A DNA stretch of 64,000 bases from a virus, in IMG/VR virus record IMGVR_UViG_3300037504_000682, positions 35,176 through 99,175 of that record. One strand, 5' to 3'. A program made the position numbers and the translations under genes. Below the pieces are notes generated by a model. The model did no database searches, was not told the DNA's origin, and was given only the letters and a program-made list of their open reading frames with translations. The stretch's first letter is position 1; every line of letters begins with the position of its first letter. Shown one piece after another: positions 1 through 9,566 of this stretch.

Positions 1-2257
1 CCCGCTCCACGATGTCAAACGGCAGGGGACACAGGTGGTTTTCCTGCTGCTTGCGCCGCTGCTCGCTGTTGAGGCAGCGCATAAAAACGATGTCGTCCCA
101 GACCCAATCGCTGGTGCTGACCGGTGGCTCGTAGAAAAAATGAGCCGGCAGGTTGCCCGCCGCCTCTTTGGTTTCCAGCCGGGCCACGTGGGCCTCGTAG
201 TCATAGAGCTCGGCCGGCTGCAGCATGCCGTTTCCATTTGACCGCCAAAAGCCATGAGCTGCGATTTGCCACCGGGCCCGGCTGTAGTCGGCCTTGTCTT
301 TAGTCACCGGCTCATCGGCGTATTGATCAGAATTGTCGGTCGGCGGCTTTCGGAAAAGAAGCAGGTACTCCGGCAGGCCGGAACCCATCTTGGTGGCATC
401 CTTGGTCATCTCGGTCCATCCCAGCCGGTATGTTGACGCGTTCTCCCGGACCACGTCGGTAACGATGGTCCGCCGGCCTTCGTACATCCAGCCGTGCTCC
501 CGGAAAGCCATCACGCACTCATCAGAGAATGGCGCAATTTCGGTGAAGCCGTGGGGCGTCTGGTGGCCGTAGAGAACCCGGTCTTTGACGTGAATGGCCG
601 CCACCCGGCCGGGCTTTGTCACCCGCAGGAGCTGGGGGATGAGAAAATCCATCTGCTCCCAAAACTCGACATCGGTCGAGTTGTGACCAAAGTCCTCGTA
701 CTGGATGGTATATTCGTAGTGATTACCAAACGGGATCGAGGTCATAATCATATCGACCGAATTGTCCTCCAGCCGAGGCATCTCCAAAACACAGTCGTTA
801 TTGACCGCCGTGAATCGTTTGCCTCCCGCCTCCCGCCGGTCGATGCCGATCTGGCGCTTCAGGTCGCTGGTTAAGGCCGCGTGGGAAAGTCCATATTTTC
901 TCACGATCCGCTGCATCTTCTCTACCTGCCGCTCGTACTGGCTCCACTTGCGTTGAAGGGCCTTAACCACCTGATCTTCGCTCTCGGCGTAGATGATATG
1001 GATGTTAACCTCTTTTCCCTGCTGGAAGCGGTATAGCCGGTGAACGGCCTGGATGAAATCCTGAAACTTGTAATCGACACCCAGAAAGACGGCGTCCGAG
1101 CAGTAGTGCTGGAAGTTACAGCCGGATCCGGCGATCTCCGGCTTGGTGGCCAGGATCGGGAACTGACCCCGGCTAAAACCCAGGATGCGCTCCTCTCGGA
1201 GCTCCAGGGCCTGGGAGCCGTAGACGCTGATCGCGTCCGGGACGGCCCGCTCGATGGCCCGCCGCTCATCCTCCAGGTGGTGCCATAGGAGCCAGTGGTG
1301 GCCGGGATTGGCCTCGATGATCTCGACCATCTTGCCTACCCGGGCGGCCATCGTGGCCCGCTTTTCGGCAACCGCCTCCCGGACCCCACCGGCCGCATCC
1401 AGAAACAGCCGGTGCTGGCCCCGGTTGTCGGTTTGCTCCCAGGCCCGTTGGTGGTCAACCGGGAGGCGGTGCCAGTGAACCTGAAGTGGCGGCAACTCGT
1501 AGCCCTCGTCTGAGTAGCCCAGGTCGCTGGGCTTGTAGACAAAGAGCGCCCAGCTGGCCACCCACAGCCAGAACTTCTTTTCCTGGTTGGGGATCAGGGT
1601 CAAATTGCCGGCCTTGTTCACGTCCCGCTGGAAAAAGCGGGTCAGGGCCTGGCCGTTGTCCATAATGTCCAGGAAGTTGGCGTAGTAAATAAGCTCCCGG
1701 TATCGGTTGGGGTCGGGAGTGGCTGTGCAGACCCACCGGTACGGGACGCCGGCAAAAACTTCGTTGAAGATGTGGTAGGTTTTGCTGTCCAAGCTCCGGA
1801 GGACGCTGCCCTCATCCAGGCTGACTCCGGCGATATCATGCAGCCGGGGGTCGATGTCGCCGTCTCTAACCCGCTCGTAGTTGGTGATCAGATACGGCGT
1901 GTCTGCCGCCTCGATCTCGGCGTCAGTCCGGACGTACTGGAACCGGACGCCCATAGCGGGCCCGTCCTCTTCGGAAAACTGATGCTTTACCCCAAGGGGG
2001 CAAACGATAAGGAACTTACCGCCGCGGCGGCGGGCCAGAACCTGGCGGCCCAGCTCGATCTGGATTCTGGTTTTGCCCAGGCCAAAGCTCATTGCCACCA
2101 GAGCTCTCCCCTGGCGAGCAGACCAGACCACGGCGTCTCGCTGGTGAGGCTTTAGCAAGGCGGGGTCGAGATCGTTCGGGTCGAGATGGAAGCCGGCCCG
2201 GACGGCGATGTCGGCTTTTTGTTGCAGGAATTTGAGATAGTTACCGTTGTTGTTCAT
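1..2257 (-). CDS. SF2/SNF2-like helicase fused to N4/N6 DNA methyltransferase (3' end runs off window)
   Basis: Absent from ORF track (no stop in window); manual translation from ATG 2257: MNNNGNYLKFLQQK...PHQRDAVVW...SFGLGKT (Walker A), LDEGS, TATP, later SVDMIMTSIPFGNHYEY (SPPF/Y-like catalytic motif). Confidence 0.8.
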   Translation of the reverse strand, partial: MNNNGNYLKFLQQKADIAVRAGFHLDPNDLDPALLKPHQRDAVVWSARQGRALVAMSFGLGKTRIQIELGRQVLARRRGGKFLIVCPLGVKHQFSEEDGPAMGVRFQYVRTDAEIEAADTPYLITNYERVRDGDIDPRLHDIAGVSLDEGSVLRSLDSKTYHIFNEVFAGVPYRWVCTATPDPNRYRELIYYANFLDIMDNGQALTRFFQRDVNKAGNLTLIPNQEKKFWLWVASWALFVYKPSDLGYSDEGYELPPLQVHWHRLPVDHQRAWEQTDNRGQHRLFLDAAGGVREAVAEKRATMAARVGKMVEIIEANPGHHWLLWHHLEDERRAIERAVPDAISVYGSQALELREERILGFSRGQFPILATKPEIAGSGCNFQHYCSDAVFLGVDYKFQDFIQAVHRLYRFQQGKEVNIHIIYAESEDQVVKALQRKWSQYERQVEKMQRIVRKYGLSHAALTSDLKRQIGIDRREAGGKRFTAVNNDCVLEMPRLEDNSVDMIMTSIPFGNHYEYTIQYEDFGHNSTDVEFWEQMDFLIPQLLRVTKPGRVAAIHVKDRVLYGHQTPHGFTEIAPFSDECVMAFREHGWMYEGRRTIVTDVVRENASTYRLGWTEMTKDATKMGSGLPEYLLLFRKPPTDNSDQYADEPVTKDKADYSRARWQIAAHGFWRSNGNGMLQPAELYDYEAHVARLETKEAAGNLPAHFFYEPPVSTSDWVWDDIVFMRCLNSEQRRKQQENHLCPLPFDIVER

Positions 2258-2459
2258 TCAGCGCTCCCCTGACAGCTCGTTCTATGTTCTCCACCCGCTC
2301 GCTCACCCTGGCCGCCAGGACCGGGTCGCAGTCGGCCAGCACCTCGGCACACTCGGCCAGGAGCTGCCCGTCAAGCCGGATCTGGGCCGCCAGGCCGGCG
2401 ATGAACTGCTGGGCCTTGCGAGGGGATAGACGTGTTGGGGTTTTTCCGTTTCGTTTCAC
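2241..2459 (-). CDS. Hypothetical protein
   Basis: 72 aa ORF in tightly packed leftward operon. Confidence 0.55.
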   Translation of the reverse strand: MKRNGKTPTRLSPRKAQQFIAGLAAQIRLDGQLLAECAEVLADCDPVLAARVSERVENIERAVRGALNEQQR

Positions 2460-2478
2460 TTCCGCCGCCTCCTGTGCT

Positions 2479-2853
2479 CTACTCTATCCGGACGGCCGTC
2501 TGCCGCCGGCTTGATTTGTCCGGCCGGGCCATCTCTCCCAGGTCCAACAATTGCCCCCAGACCAGGCCATAAGCCGCCGCCCGGGCCGGCCCCTGCTGCC
2601 GGTGGACCTCGGTCTTGAAGTTGCTGTAGTCCAGTCCCCGGATGATCTGGGCCAGGCCAATCCCGAGGTTCGTGGGGCTGACCGTGGCCCGGTAGCGGTA
2701 GTCGGTGCCGGCTCCGGCCACCGTCTCGCCTAATCCCGGAACGCGCGTTCGGAGATTGTCCAGGTCCTCGGCCACCCGGGCCCGGACCGTCAGTTTGGTG
2801 TCGCCCGGCTTCTGCACGATGCTGAAGAAGCCGAAGGGGGTAAAAATCCACAT
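2479..2853 (-). CDS. Conserved phage-type hypothetical protein
   Basis: MWIFTPFGFFSIV...DYRYR...LDYSNFK; RBS AGGAG upstream. Confidence 0.7.
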   Translation of the reverse strand: MWIFTPFGFFSIVQKPGDTKLTVRARVAEDLDNLRTRVPGLGETVAGAGTDYRYRATVSPTNLGIGLAQIIRGLDYSNFKTEVHRQQGPARAAAYGLVWGQLLDLGEMARPDKSSRRQTAVRIE

Positions 2854-2863
2854 AGGTATGCTC

Positions 2864-3370
2864 CTAAAGGTCTATCACTTCTCTGGCTAGATGTTTTTTG
2901 GCGTAATCCAGCGGGACGATCAAGCCGTGGGTGTTATAGCCGTCGTTCTGGTTTTTGCTGGTCGCCACTTCTCGAAATTTTAGCTTCAGGCTATCCATCT
3001 GGGCCCGCAGCTCGTCCGGCCAGAAGACCAGGATCACCCCGTTGAGCAGGGCCGCGTAGAGGATGTAATCGGCCCGGCTGGTGTAGACCCAGCCCGGCTT
3101 GCCGGCGGTGTCGACCGAGATGGTCTCCAGGAAGATATTGCCGGTGTAGAAGGTCTGGATTCCGGACTTGTATTCAACAAACCAGGTCGTTCCGTCCTTG
3201 CTGAATATCCTGTCCCCCAGGCAGAGTACCCGCTCCTGGTGCGGGGTCGTTTTCTCGATGGTAAAGCCCCGGGCCTCGAAGTAGTCATCCAGAAACGCCT
3301 CGACTTGCATCCCCCGGATGTACTGGGGAGTCTTAGTAAATTGGCTGGTCACTCCGGTCGACCGTTGCAT
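2864..3370 (-). CDS. PD-(D/E)XK nuclease-like protein (start uncertain)
   Basis: GD...VEYK motif followed by TGNIFLE...GWVYTSRADY. Confidence 0.55.
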   Translation of the reverse strand: MQRSTGVTSQFTKTPQYIRGMQVEAFLDDYFEARGFTIEKTTPHQERVLCLGDRIFSKDGTTWFVEYKSGIQTFYTGNIFLETISVDTAGKPGWVYTSRADYILYAALLNGVILVFWPDELRAQMDSLKLKFREVATSKNQNDGYNTHGLIVPLDYAKKHLAREVIDL

Positions 3371-4487
3371 AGGTAATTTCCTTCCCTATTTTGAGTCCCC
3401 AGGTGAACCAGGCCACCGGGAACTGGGCTCCGGCCCCATCCCAACCCTTGTTGGGCATCTTGAAGTTGATCCGCTTGTCCAGCAGGATCAACTCCAGGCC
3501 GAAGACCCGAAACATATCCTGGGCCGTTTTGGCCCCCAACATTTCAACCGGCATCAGGAGGGCGAAGGGCTGGCCCAGCTGATAGCAGCGCTCAAGCCAC
3601 GGGTACTTAATGCTATAGGGCGGGTTCGTGACCAGGCAGTCCCAGAGACCATCCGGCTCATAATCGAAAAAATTCTGGCCGTCCAGCAGGTCAGATGAAA
3701 CAACCTCGAAGCCGGCGTCGTAAAGGCCCTCGACCAGATAGCCCTCTCCCCGGGCCGGCTCCCAGATCGTGGTAAAGCGCTCGATGTAGGGCAGCAGGGG
3801 ATCAATGGCATAGGGCGGGGTCTGGCAGGCGTCGTATCCCTTGGGGACGTAGATGTCTCCCTCTCGGTTGGCCTTATTGTCCCGCTTGTAGTTGGGCTGC
3901 TGGGGCCGGCAATCCGGGCAGGTGGCCCCTTCGTAAACCTGGCCGCAGCCCTCACAGATCGGCAGGGCCGATTCCTCGATAGCGGCCTCCAGGTGCTCGT
4001 CCTTGCCATAAAGCGGCCGGGTGTCGGCCGGAATCGGGCTGGGGACGGTAGCCTGGAAGGTGCTGCCGTTCTGTTTTGGTTCCTTGTGCCGGTCGACAAT
4101 GTCCCGGCCGGTGGAATAGGTGATCCGCTCGCCGGCTTCAGCCCGGGCGATGGCCTCCTGCCGGGCTTCGTCGGGGGTTTTTGGTTCTGCCAGCAAATAC
4201 AGCGCCTTTGCTTGAAATTCCAACCCGGTTGGAATTTGAGGGAATTCACGAGCAACGTTCATAAAGCGCCGCGCTGTCTCTTGGCTCCACCCAAACTCAC
4301 TTTCAAGCCACCCACCAAAAGCGCCGTGGGGCAATCGCTCTTTTACCTCGATCAACTTCTCCCCAATCTCGATAATATCCTGGGCCGTCCGGCGCATCAG
4401 GGTTTTGATCTCGCTGGTCCGCTGCTCGACCACGATCCGGGTCTCGGCGTCCAGTTGGGTGTAGTTAAATACCGTCGTTATTTCCAC
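3333..4487 (-). CDS. DUF3102-like N-terminal domain fused to N6-adenine DNA methyltransferase
   Basis: N-term IIEIGEKLIEVKERLPHGAFGGWL; C-term WEPARGEG (SAM binding) and VTNPPY. Confidence 0.8.
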   Translation of the reverse strand: MEITTVFNYTQLDAETRIVVEQRTSEIKTLMRRTAQDIIEIGEKLIEVKERLPHGAFGGWLESEFGWSQETARRFMNVAREFPQIPTGLEFQAKALYLLAEPKTPDEARQEAIARAEAGERITYSTGRDIVDRHKEPKQNGSTFQATVPSPIPADTRPLYGKDEHLEAAIEESALPICEGCGQVYEGATCPDCRPQQPNYKRDNKANREGDIYVPKGYDACQTPPYAIDPLLPYIERFTTIWEPARGEGYLVEGLYDAGFEVVSSDLLDGQNFFDYEPDGLWDCLVTNPPYSIKYPWLERCYQLGQPFALLMPVEMLGAKTAQDMFRVFGLELILLDKRINFKMPNKGWDGAGAQFPVAWFTWGLKIGKEITYATVDRSDQPIY

Positions 4488-4497
4488 AAGTCGCTCC

Positions 4498-4788
4498 TTA
4501 TTCCGCTCTGCCTAATAGTTCAATGGCCGGCACCGCCGGATTATTGCGCTCCGGGGTGAGATCGACCCCGAAATGAGCCATCAGGAAATCGGCCACGCCG
4601 GGAAAGTACAGCCCGCTCACCCACCAGGCCCGCCGGTCCTTCACCCACCGCCGGGCGTGGGGCGGCAGGAGCTTCAGGTCGTGGACCAGGTCGGAGTTGT
4701 ACGAAAACTCCAGCAGGAAGCCCTCGGTGAGCGGGGTGATAGAGAAGCTGCCGTGCTCGGTGTTATAGGTCTTCTTGAAGCTGGTCAT
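4498..4788 (-). CDS. Hypothetical protein (HARP-like pattern)
   Basis: FSYNSDLVHDLK...RRW...AWWV. Confidence 0.55.
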   Translation of the reverse strand: MTSFKKTYNTEHGSFSITPLTEGFLLEFSYNSDLVHDLKLLPPHARRWVKDRRAWWVSGLYFPGVADFLMAHFGVDLTPERNNPAVPAIELLGRAE

Positions 4789-4798
4789 CGCCCCCCCC

Positions 4799-5704
4799 TT
4801 AAACCACCGCTCGTTGATCCGGCCCTACGACCTGGACTTGCGCCCATAGCTGGCCGGTAAGGCGGCTGAGTAGCGCTCCTCCGATGTCGGCCACGTAGCC
4901 ACCTTGCCGCCGCCAGACATCAGCCAGATCGTCCAGGCTGTGATTGGCGGTGATAATCAACGGCTTCTCGTACATGTAGCGGTAGTGAATGACCTCATAC
5001 AGTTTGCCCAGGGCCCATTCGCTAGGCATCCGCTTGTCGATGTCGTCTATCACCAGAAACGTGGCGTAATTCATCCCCCGCCAAAGCTGGCCCTCGGTCG
5101 GGCCGGGATTGTCGCTCTTGTCCCAGCTCTGCTGAACCCGGGAGCAGTGCAGAACCCACTCGACGAAGCGAACGGACAGGTTGGGCGGGCCGGCATCTAT
5201 GGCGTCCCAGGCCATTTTGCGCAGGGCCGAAACGGCCAGGTGGGTTTTACCTACCCCGTACTCCCCCCCCCAGAGCCACAGCAGATTCCGCTCCCGGCTG
5301 TAGGTTTCGGTGTACTCAATGACATCTCCTAGGTGCTTTCTGGCCAGGCCGTGACGGGCGATGTCCCAGTTCTCAAATGTCATCCGGGCGTAGCGGCCGG
5401 CGTCAATGCCGCCAGCCCGTGAAACAATTTCCCCGTAGGCCGCCTGCTTCTCCTGGTGCTTTTGCTCTGCCAGCTGCCGGTTGCGCTCCTCGGTCACCGC
5501 CGGGCAATCACACGAAACACGCCAATAAACGGTCACCTCGTCGCTCATCTGCATGCTGCCGGGCTCCACAATCCGGCCGCAGTGTTCGCAGCTGTAGCGG
5601 TACTCATCGGGACCTTGCTGCGATAGCTGCCGCTCTAGCACTGTGCCCAGCGGTAACGGTCTCTTCTGTCGGTCGTGGCTTCTTCCGTTTGCCTGAATGT
5701 CCAT
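4799..5704 (-). CDS. DnaC/IstB-like helicase loader ATPase
   Basis: Cys cluster CEHC...CDC, Walker A GVGKT, Walker B LVIDD, IITAN; follows initiator gene. Confidence 0.85.
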   Translation of the reverse strand: MDIQANGRSHDRQKRPLPLGTVLERQLSQQGPDEYRYSCEHCGRIVEPGSMQMSDEVTVYWRVSCDCPAVTEERNRQLAEQKHQEKQAAYGEIVSRAGGIDAGRYARMTFENWDIARHGLARKHLGDVIEYTETYSRERNLLWLWGGEYGVGKTHLAVSALRKMAWDAIDAGPPNLSVRFVEWVLHCSRVQQSWDKSDNPGPTEGQLWRGMNYATFLVIDDIDKRMPSEWALGKLYEVIHYRYMYEKPLIITANHSLDDLADVWRRQGGYVADIGGALLSRLTGQLWAQVQVVGPDQRAVV

Positions 5705-6560
5705 TTTGCGCTCCGTTCTTTCGTTCCACTTGCTGAATCTGCCCGGTGATTGTCTTGATCAAGCTACCCGGCGACTTGTGGGTGTACCGCCCCCTGTTTA
5801 AAATTTCTACAGCCTCGTCTATCAACCCCCTCGCCCGGCCGACGTCACCCCCGGCCAGGTCTAAAATGTCGCAACAATCATCCTCCCACATCTGGGCGTC
5901 CGTAATCCCCCTGGGGGCGTTTCCGGTTTCTTGCTGGTAATAGGTGGCCAGTTGATCAGCCGGGTTTTGTTTCGGGATTTTTTCTCTAATTCCTTGTTCA
6001 GGGCCCTCTCTCGCATGCGCGTGCGCGATAGTAGTAGGAGTCTTTAAATTAACCTTCTCTTTAAACTTCTTATTAGGCCGCCGTTCTGGCGGCACGCTTC
6101 CGGAATGGTTCCGGCTTTCTTCCGGCAAGTTTCCGGAAGGCGGTTGGGCCTCCTGATCCAGGTTTCCGTCAGGTGTCGGGGCGTCCTGGTCATTGTCGCC
6201 GTCCTGGCTGCTGTCCTGGGGTGGCTCCGGGTAGGTTGACGTCTCCCGGTCGGCCCTGAGTCCGATCTGGTTGTCGTTGAAGCCGGGCCAGTATTGCCAT
6301 TTTTCGCCGTCGGCTTCGAAGAGAACGATCAGGCCGACCTTCTGCATCTCCTGGAGGTAGTGCTCCACCGCCTCGATTGAGACGTCGCTGCGCCAGGGGA
6401 AGACAAGGGAGCGGACCATCACCGGGTCACCGTAGAAGACGCCGTTTTTGTCCAGATGGCTGATGATCCAGGTGGCCAGGAGCCGGCAGGTGTCATCGGG
6501 GAGGTTTTTGAACTTTGAGCTGCGGCTGATCGAGTTGTTTACCATTCGCCCTCTAGCCAT
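5604..6560 (-). CDS. Phage replication initiator / replisome organiser
   Basis: MARGRMVNNSISRSSKF N-terminus, low-complexity linker, upstream of DnaC-like gene; start moved to ATG 6560. Confidence 0.7.
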   Translation of the reverse strand: MARGRMVNNSISRSSKFKNLPDDTCRLLATWIISHLDKNGVFYGDPVMVRSLVFPWRSDVSIEAVEHYLQEMQKVGLIVLFEADGEKWQYWPGFNDNQIGLRADRETSTYPEPPQDSSQDGDNDQDAPTPDGNLDQEAQPPSGNLPEESRNHSGSVPPERRPNKKFKEKVNLKTPTTIAHAHAREGPEQGIREKIPKQNPADQLATYYQQETGNAPRGITDAQMWEDDCCDILDLAGGDVGRARGLIDEAVEILNRGRYTHKSPGSLIKTITGQIQQVERKNGAQNGHSGKRKKPRPTEETVTAGHSARAAAIAARSR

Positions 6561-6804
6561 TGGTGACCACCCCTTCCATCGCCGGTAGCTGCGCTCGCAG
6601 GGTCGTGATTTCCTCCCTGGCCAGCCGCGCTTGCTCCATATGGTAGAGGTATCTTCCCCAAAGTTCCTGGCCTCCATCCGCCACTTGATCGGCGTAGCCA
6701 AACCATCGACACCAAGCCCTGTTGGCGTCCCGGAGGTGTCGCTTCCGCTTATTGTGCTGCCGGTCGATTTCCGCCGTAATAGATTGTGTAATTATGCTTG
6801 TCAT
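6553..6804 (-). CDS. Hypothetical protein
   Basis: 83 aa ORF overlapping initiator start. Confidence 0.6.
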   Translation of the reverse strand: MTSIITQSITAEIDRQHNKRKRHLRDANRAWCRWFGYADQVADGGQELWGRYLYHMEQARLAREEITTLRAQLPAMEGVVTNG

Positions 6805-7033
6805 TAATCCGCTCTTTCGCTTGTCACCGGCCCCTACGCCGGCTCACTCATTAATGGTTTCTGCCGGATCACGGCCAGCGCCTCCCTGAGCCTGGCCCGC
6901 TCCCGGCTGGCCTTGAGGCCCGCCGGCGTATCCAGCCCGAACCGCTCATGCAGGTTAGCGTTGACCTCCAGCCGGTCCTGGATGTACTTCTCTACTACTT
7001 TTGTCACCAGCTGCACCGCCGCCCCGTGGTCCA

Positions 7034-7264
7034 TCAGGCCGCTACCGCCGCCGGCACCCGGGCGGACCGGTTGGCTATCGCTTTTGGGATTTTGCCCAGC
7101 CGCTGGTGCTGGCTGGTATTGTGCCACCAGCCGCACTCCGGGCAGGGGTAGGTGTAGAGCCGGTGCCGGTGTCGCTGGCAATAATCTGTGGCGACCCGAT
7201 GGGCCGAACCAAAGTCCGGGAAGGCATCCTTTCCACTGGGGCAATCTAATTGTTCTGCAATCAT
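7034..7264 (-). CDS. Small Cys/His protein
   Basis: CPSGK...YPCPECGWWH. Confidence 0.6.
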   Translation of the reverse strand: MIAEQLDCPSGKDAFPDFGSAHRVATDYCQRHRHRLYTYPCPECGWWHNTSQHQRLGKIPKAIANRSARVPAAVAA

Positions 7265-7267
7265 CTC

Positions 7268-7729
7268 TCACCTCAATTCGTTGAAAATTTCGGGGATGGT
7301 CACCCCGTCCGATTCCATTGGGATCAGCTTCATCCCGGCCTGGATGTCCCGGGCCGCCCCGGCCGAGATGTCGACCAGTCGGGCCACGACGATCCAGTTG
7401 TTCTGCTTCCGCTCCGGCCCGATCAGCTCCATCGCCCGGACGATCTTGCCGCTCTGGGCCACCACGTCCAGGGCTACCTCGCTCCACTTCGGCGGCCGGC
7501 CGCGCCGCTTCCCGGCCTTGCCGGCTATCCGCCGGGCCTGCTTCTTGATGGCCCGGGCTTTCTCCTCGACAAGCGGCAGCAGGATGTCGACCACCTTGTA
7601 ATTCTTGTCTTTGATTCCCTCCACCTGGAGGGTGTCGATCAGGCTACCGATCCGCCGCGCTTCGGCCAGGATCAGTTCGGCCGGCTCGACGGCCTCATCG
7701 GGCCAACCCTGGAGATTACTGTTCACCAT
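7268..7729 (-). CDS. Hypothetical protein
   Basis: 153 aa ORF in operon, AT-hook-like KRRGRPPK. Confidence 0.6.
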   Translation of the reverse strand: MVNSNLQGWPDEAVEPAELILAEARRIGSLIDTLQVEGIKDKNYKVVDILLPLVEEKARAIKKQARRIAGKAGKRRGRPPKWSEVALDVVAQSGKIVRAMELIGPERKQNNWIVVARLVDISAGAARDIQAGMKLIPMESDGVTIPEIFNELR

Positions 7730-8057
7730 TCTCGACCTTGTCCTTGAGTTTTTCGGCCCGGCGCTCCTGGGCCCGCTTTTTCCAGAGCTGGCCGGCGATC
7801 ATCGGTCCGCCGGTCAGCAGGTGACTGATAATCGGCTGTACGGCCACAAACCAGGGGTTGACCGGATCGCCCGACAGTAAAATGGTCAGGATGGCGGCCA
7901 CGGTGCCGATGTCGGTCCAGCCGTCGCCGATCACCACGCTGAGCCAGGTCCAACCCTGCTCAAATGAATTATGGTAAATATAGACCGCGTAGCCGATGCC
8001 GCCGGCCAGGAGTAGGGACCAGATTGCAATCAGGATGGATAATGTCGTCGCTGTCAT
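7716..8057 (-). CDS. Membrane protein
   Basis: Several hydrophobic segments from MTATTLSILIAIW; start moved to ATG 8057. Confidence 0.65.
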   Translation of the reverse strand: MTATTLSILIAIWSLLLAGGIGYAVYIYHNSFEQGWTWLSVVIGDGWTDIGTVAAILTILLSGDPVNPWFVAVQPIISHLLTGGPMIAGQLWKKRAQERRAEKLKDKVENGEQ

Positions 8058-8290
8058 AAAAAAACCTTTTTTCTGATTAAAATTTGAATTTAATTTGGTT
8101 AGCCTGGATTTTTCGGAATCCGTGATAGAATGAGTCTGATCCTTAACAACCCGGCCTGCCGCCCCTACGACAGGCCGGACTTTTTCATTGGGCCGCCAAC
8201 GGTTGGCGACGGGGGCGGCCCAATTCCTCCTCCGTTTTGTGTATATAATGGTGTATCTATCAACCAGTACCAAAGTACCAGGAGGAGAAA

Positions 8291-8335
8291 ATGAAACCTC
8301 AATTAAAACCCGTTAGGAGGTCGATTAATCTATGA
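8291..8335 (+). CDS. 14-aa upstream ORF (MKPQLKPVRRSINL) overlapping integrase start
   Basis: GGAGGAG RBS at 8281; its TGA overlaps integrase ATG (ATGA). Confidence 0.4.
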   Translation: MKPQLKPVRRSINL

Positions 8336-9237
8336 AAAGGTGGGACCGATTAATCGACCGTTTCGCTACCGGCAAGGCCGTCCGCCGCAAGCCGGTGACC
8401 GTCGAGTGGTATCGCCAAAGGCTCAGTCACTGGGCCGAATTCACAACTAGCCGCAAGCTCAAGCCCAAAAAAGTAAAAGCTAAACATCTTGACAAGTTCT
8501 TTGCCGGCCTTAGAGAGGCCGGATACACCGCCAATACCATCAAAGGCACCGAAACCGCCCTTCGGACTTTTTTCGGCTGGTTGGTCCGCCGGGGCAAGAT
8601 GAAGCGCAATCCGTTCGACCGCTTCGAGCCGGTTGAGGTTCCCCGCCAGTCGCAGCCGATCATCCGGCTGGAGTACGCTTACCGGATGATCCGGGCGGCC
8701 GAAGCCGACGATTCCGTGATCGCCCGCCGGGACGCCGCTATTATGCGCTTCCTGCTCAGCACCGGAGCGCGTAGAGAGGAGGTGGTTTCTGTCAGATGGG
8801 AGTGGCTCGACCTGGCCGGCGGCCTGGTCAAGTTGCGGGGCAAATTCGGCCACGAACGGTTGATTCCACTCGTGGCGACCACCGTCACGGCCCTGGCGAT
8901 CTGGATCGAGGCCCGGCCAGCCAGTGACTGGCTGTTTGTCAGCCTGAAGGCTAACCAGTACAATCAAGTCGGGGACAAGCTGGCGGTCAATACGATCAAC
9001 AAGCTGCTTGACCGCTGGAAAATCGCGGCCGGCCTGCCAGAAGAGGCCGAGGTCAATCCCCACGCCTGGCGACGCAGGTTCGCCACGGAGCTGGCCAAAG
9101 CCGGAGATCCGTTCCGGCTCCAGACCCTGCTGGGTCATCTGGATATGAACACGACAAAAAAATACATCCTCGATCAGCCCGATATTTTGAGGGAGATGAT
9201 CGAGCGCTATGGGCCGGGAATCAAAGGCGATACGTGA
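8332..9237 (+). CDS. int: Tyrosine integrase
   Basis: RDAAI..FLLSTGARREE (R), K, HAWRR (HxxR), LGH, TTKKY; adjacent tRNA fragment. Confidence 0.92.
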   Translation: MKRWDRLIDRFATGKAVRRKPVTVEWYRQRLSHWAEFTTSRKLKPKKVKAKHLDKFFAGLREAGYTANTIKGTETALRTFFGWLVRRGKMKRNPFDRFEPVEVPRQSQPIIRLEYAYRMIRAAEADDSVIARRDAAIMRFLLSTGARREEVVSVRWEWLDLAGGLVKLRGKFGHERLIPLVATTVTALAIWIEARPASDWLFVSLKANQYNQVGDKLAVNTINKLLDRWKIAAGLPEEAEVNPHAWRRRFATELAKAGDPFRLQTLLGHLDMNTTKKYILDQPDILREMIERYGPGIKGDT

Positions 9238-9296
9238 TAATCTCTCACGTACCGCTTGGTTTTTCGAGCAGGTTGCCAACGGGGAGCCTTCGGCAG

Positions 9297-9353
9297 ATGA
9301 TTTAGGATCATGTGCCGAAAGGCGTGCGGGTTCGAGTCCCGCCTTCCCCACTA
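9297..9353 (+). tRNA. 3' portion of tRNA-Leu(TAG), probable attP core (not a complete tRNA)
   Basis: Anticodon arm ATGA-TTTAGGA-TCAT, long variable arm GCC-GAAA-GGC, T arm GCGGG-TTCGAGT-CCCGC, acceptor 3' strand CTTCCCCA; no normal D arm. Confidence 0.85.
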
Positions 9354-9527
9354 ACTGGTGACCTGTTTTTTGTTGCCGGTTCATGAATATAAATCTCCTA
9401 CCCTTCTGAGGGTAGCGTGATTAGTCGCTCGAAAGAGCGGCGAGTGCTGTTGTTCACCCGGGGTTGTTTGGCGACGGGTCCGGGTGAGCGGTTCTGTAGC
9501 TGGCGATTGCCATTACAGAACAAAAGG

Positions 9528-9565
9528 AAGACGCTCCTGCCTCAGTCGGTGGGGGCGTCTTTTTT
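9528..9565. terminator. Intrinsic terminator between att region and repressor
   Basis: AAGACGCTCC...GGGGCGTCTT stem followed by T run. Confidence 0.6.
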
Positions 9566-9566
9566 A

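Noticed and set aside
35-2155. Small ORFs listed in the first 2.2 kb
   Set aside because: All overlap one continuous minus-strand helicase-methylase frame that runs off the window
9281-9353. Complete functional tRNA-Leu gene
   Set aside because: Lacks a canonical D arm and CCA; better explained as att core
8350-9384. 344-aa minus-strand ORF across integrase and tRNA fragment
   Set aside because: Antisense shadow of a high-GC gene; no motifs
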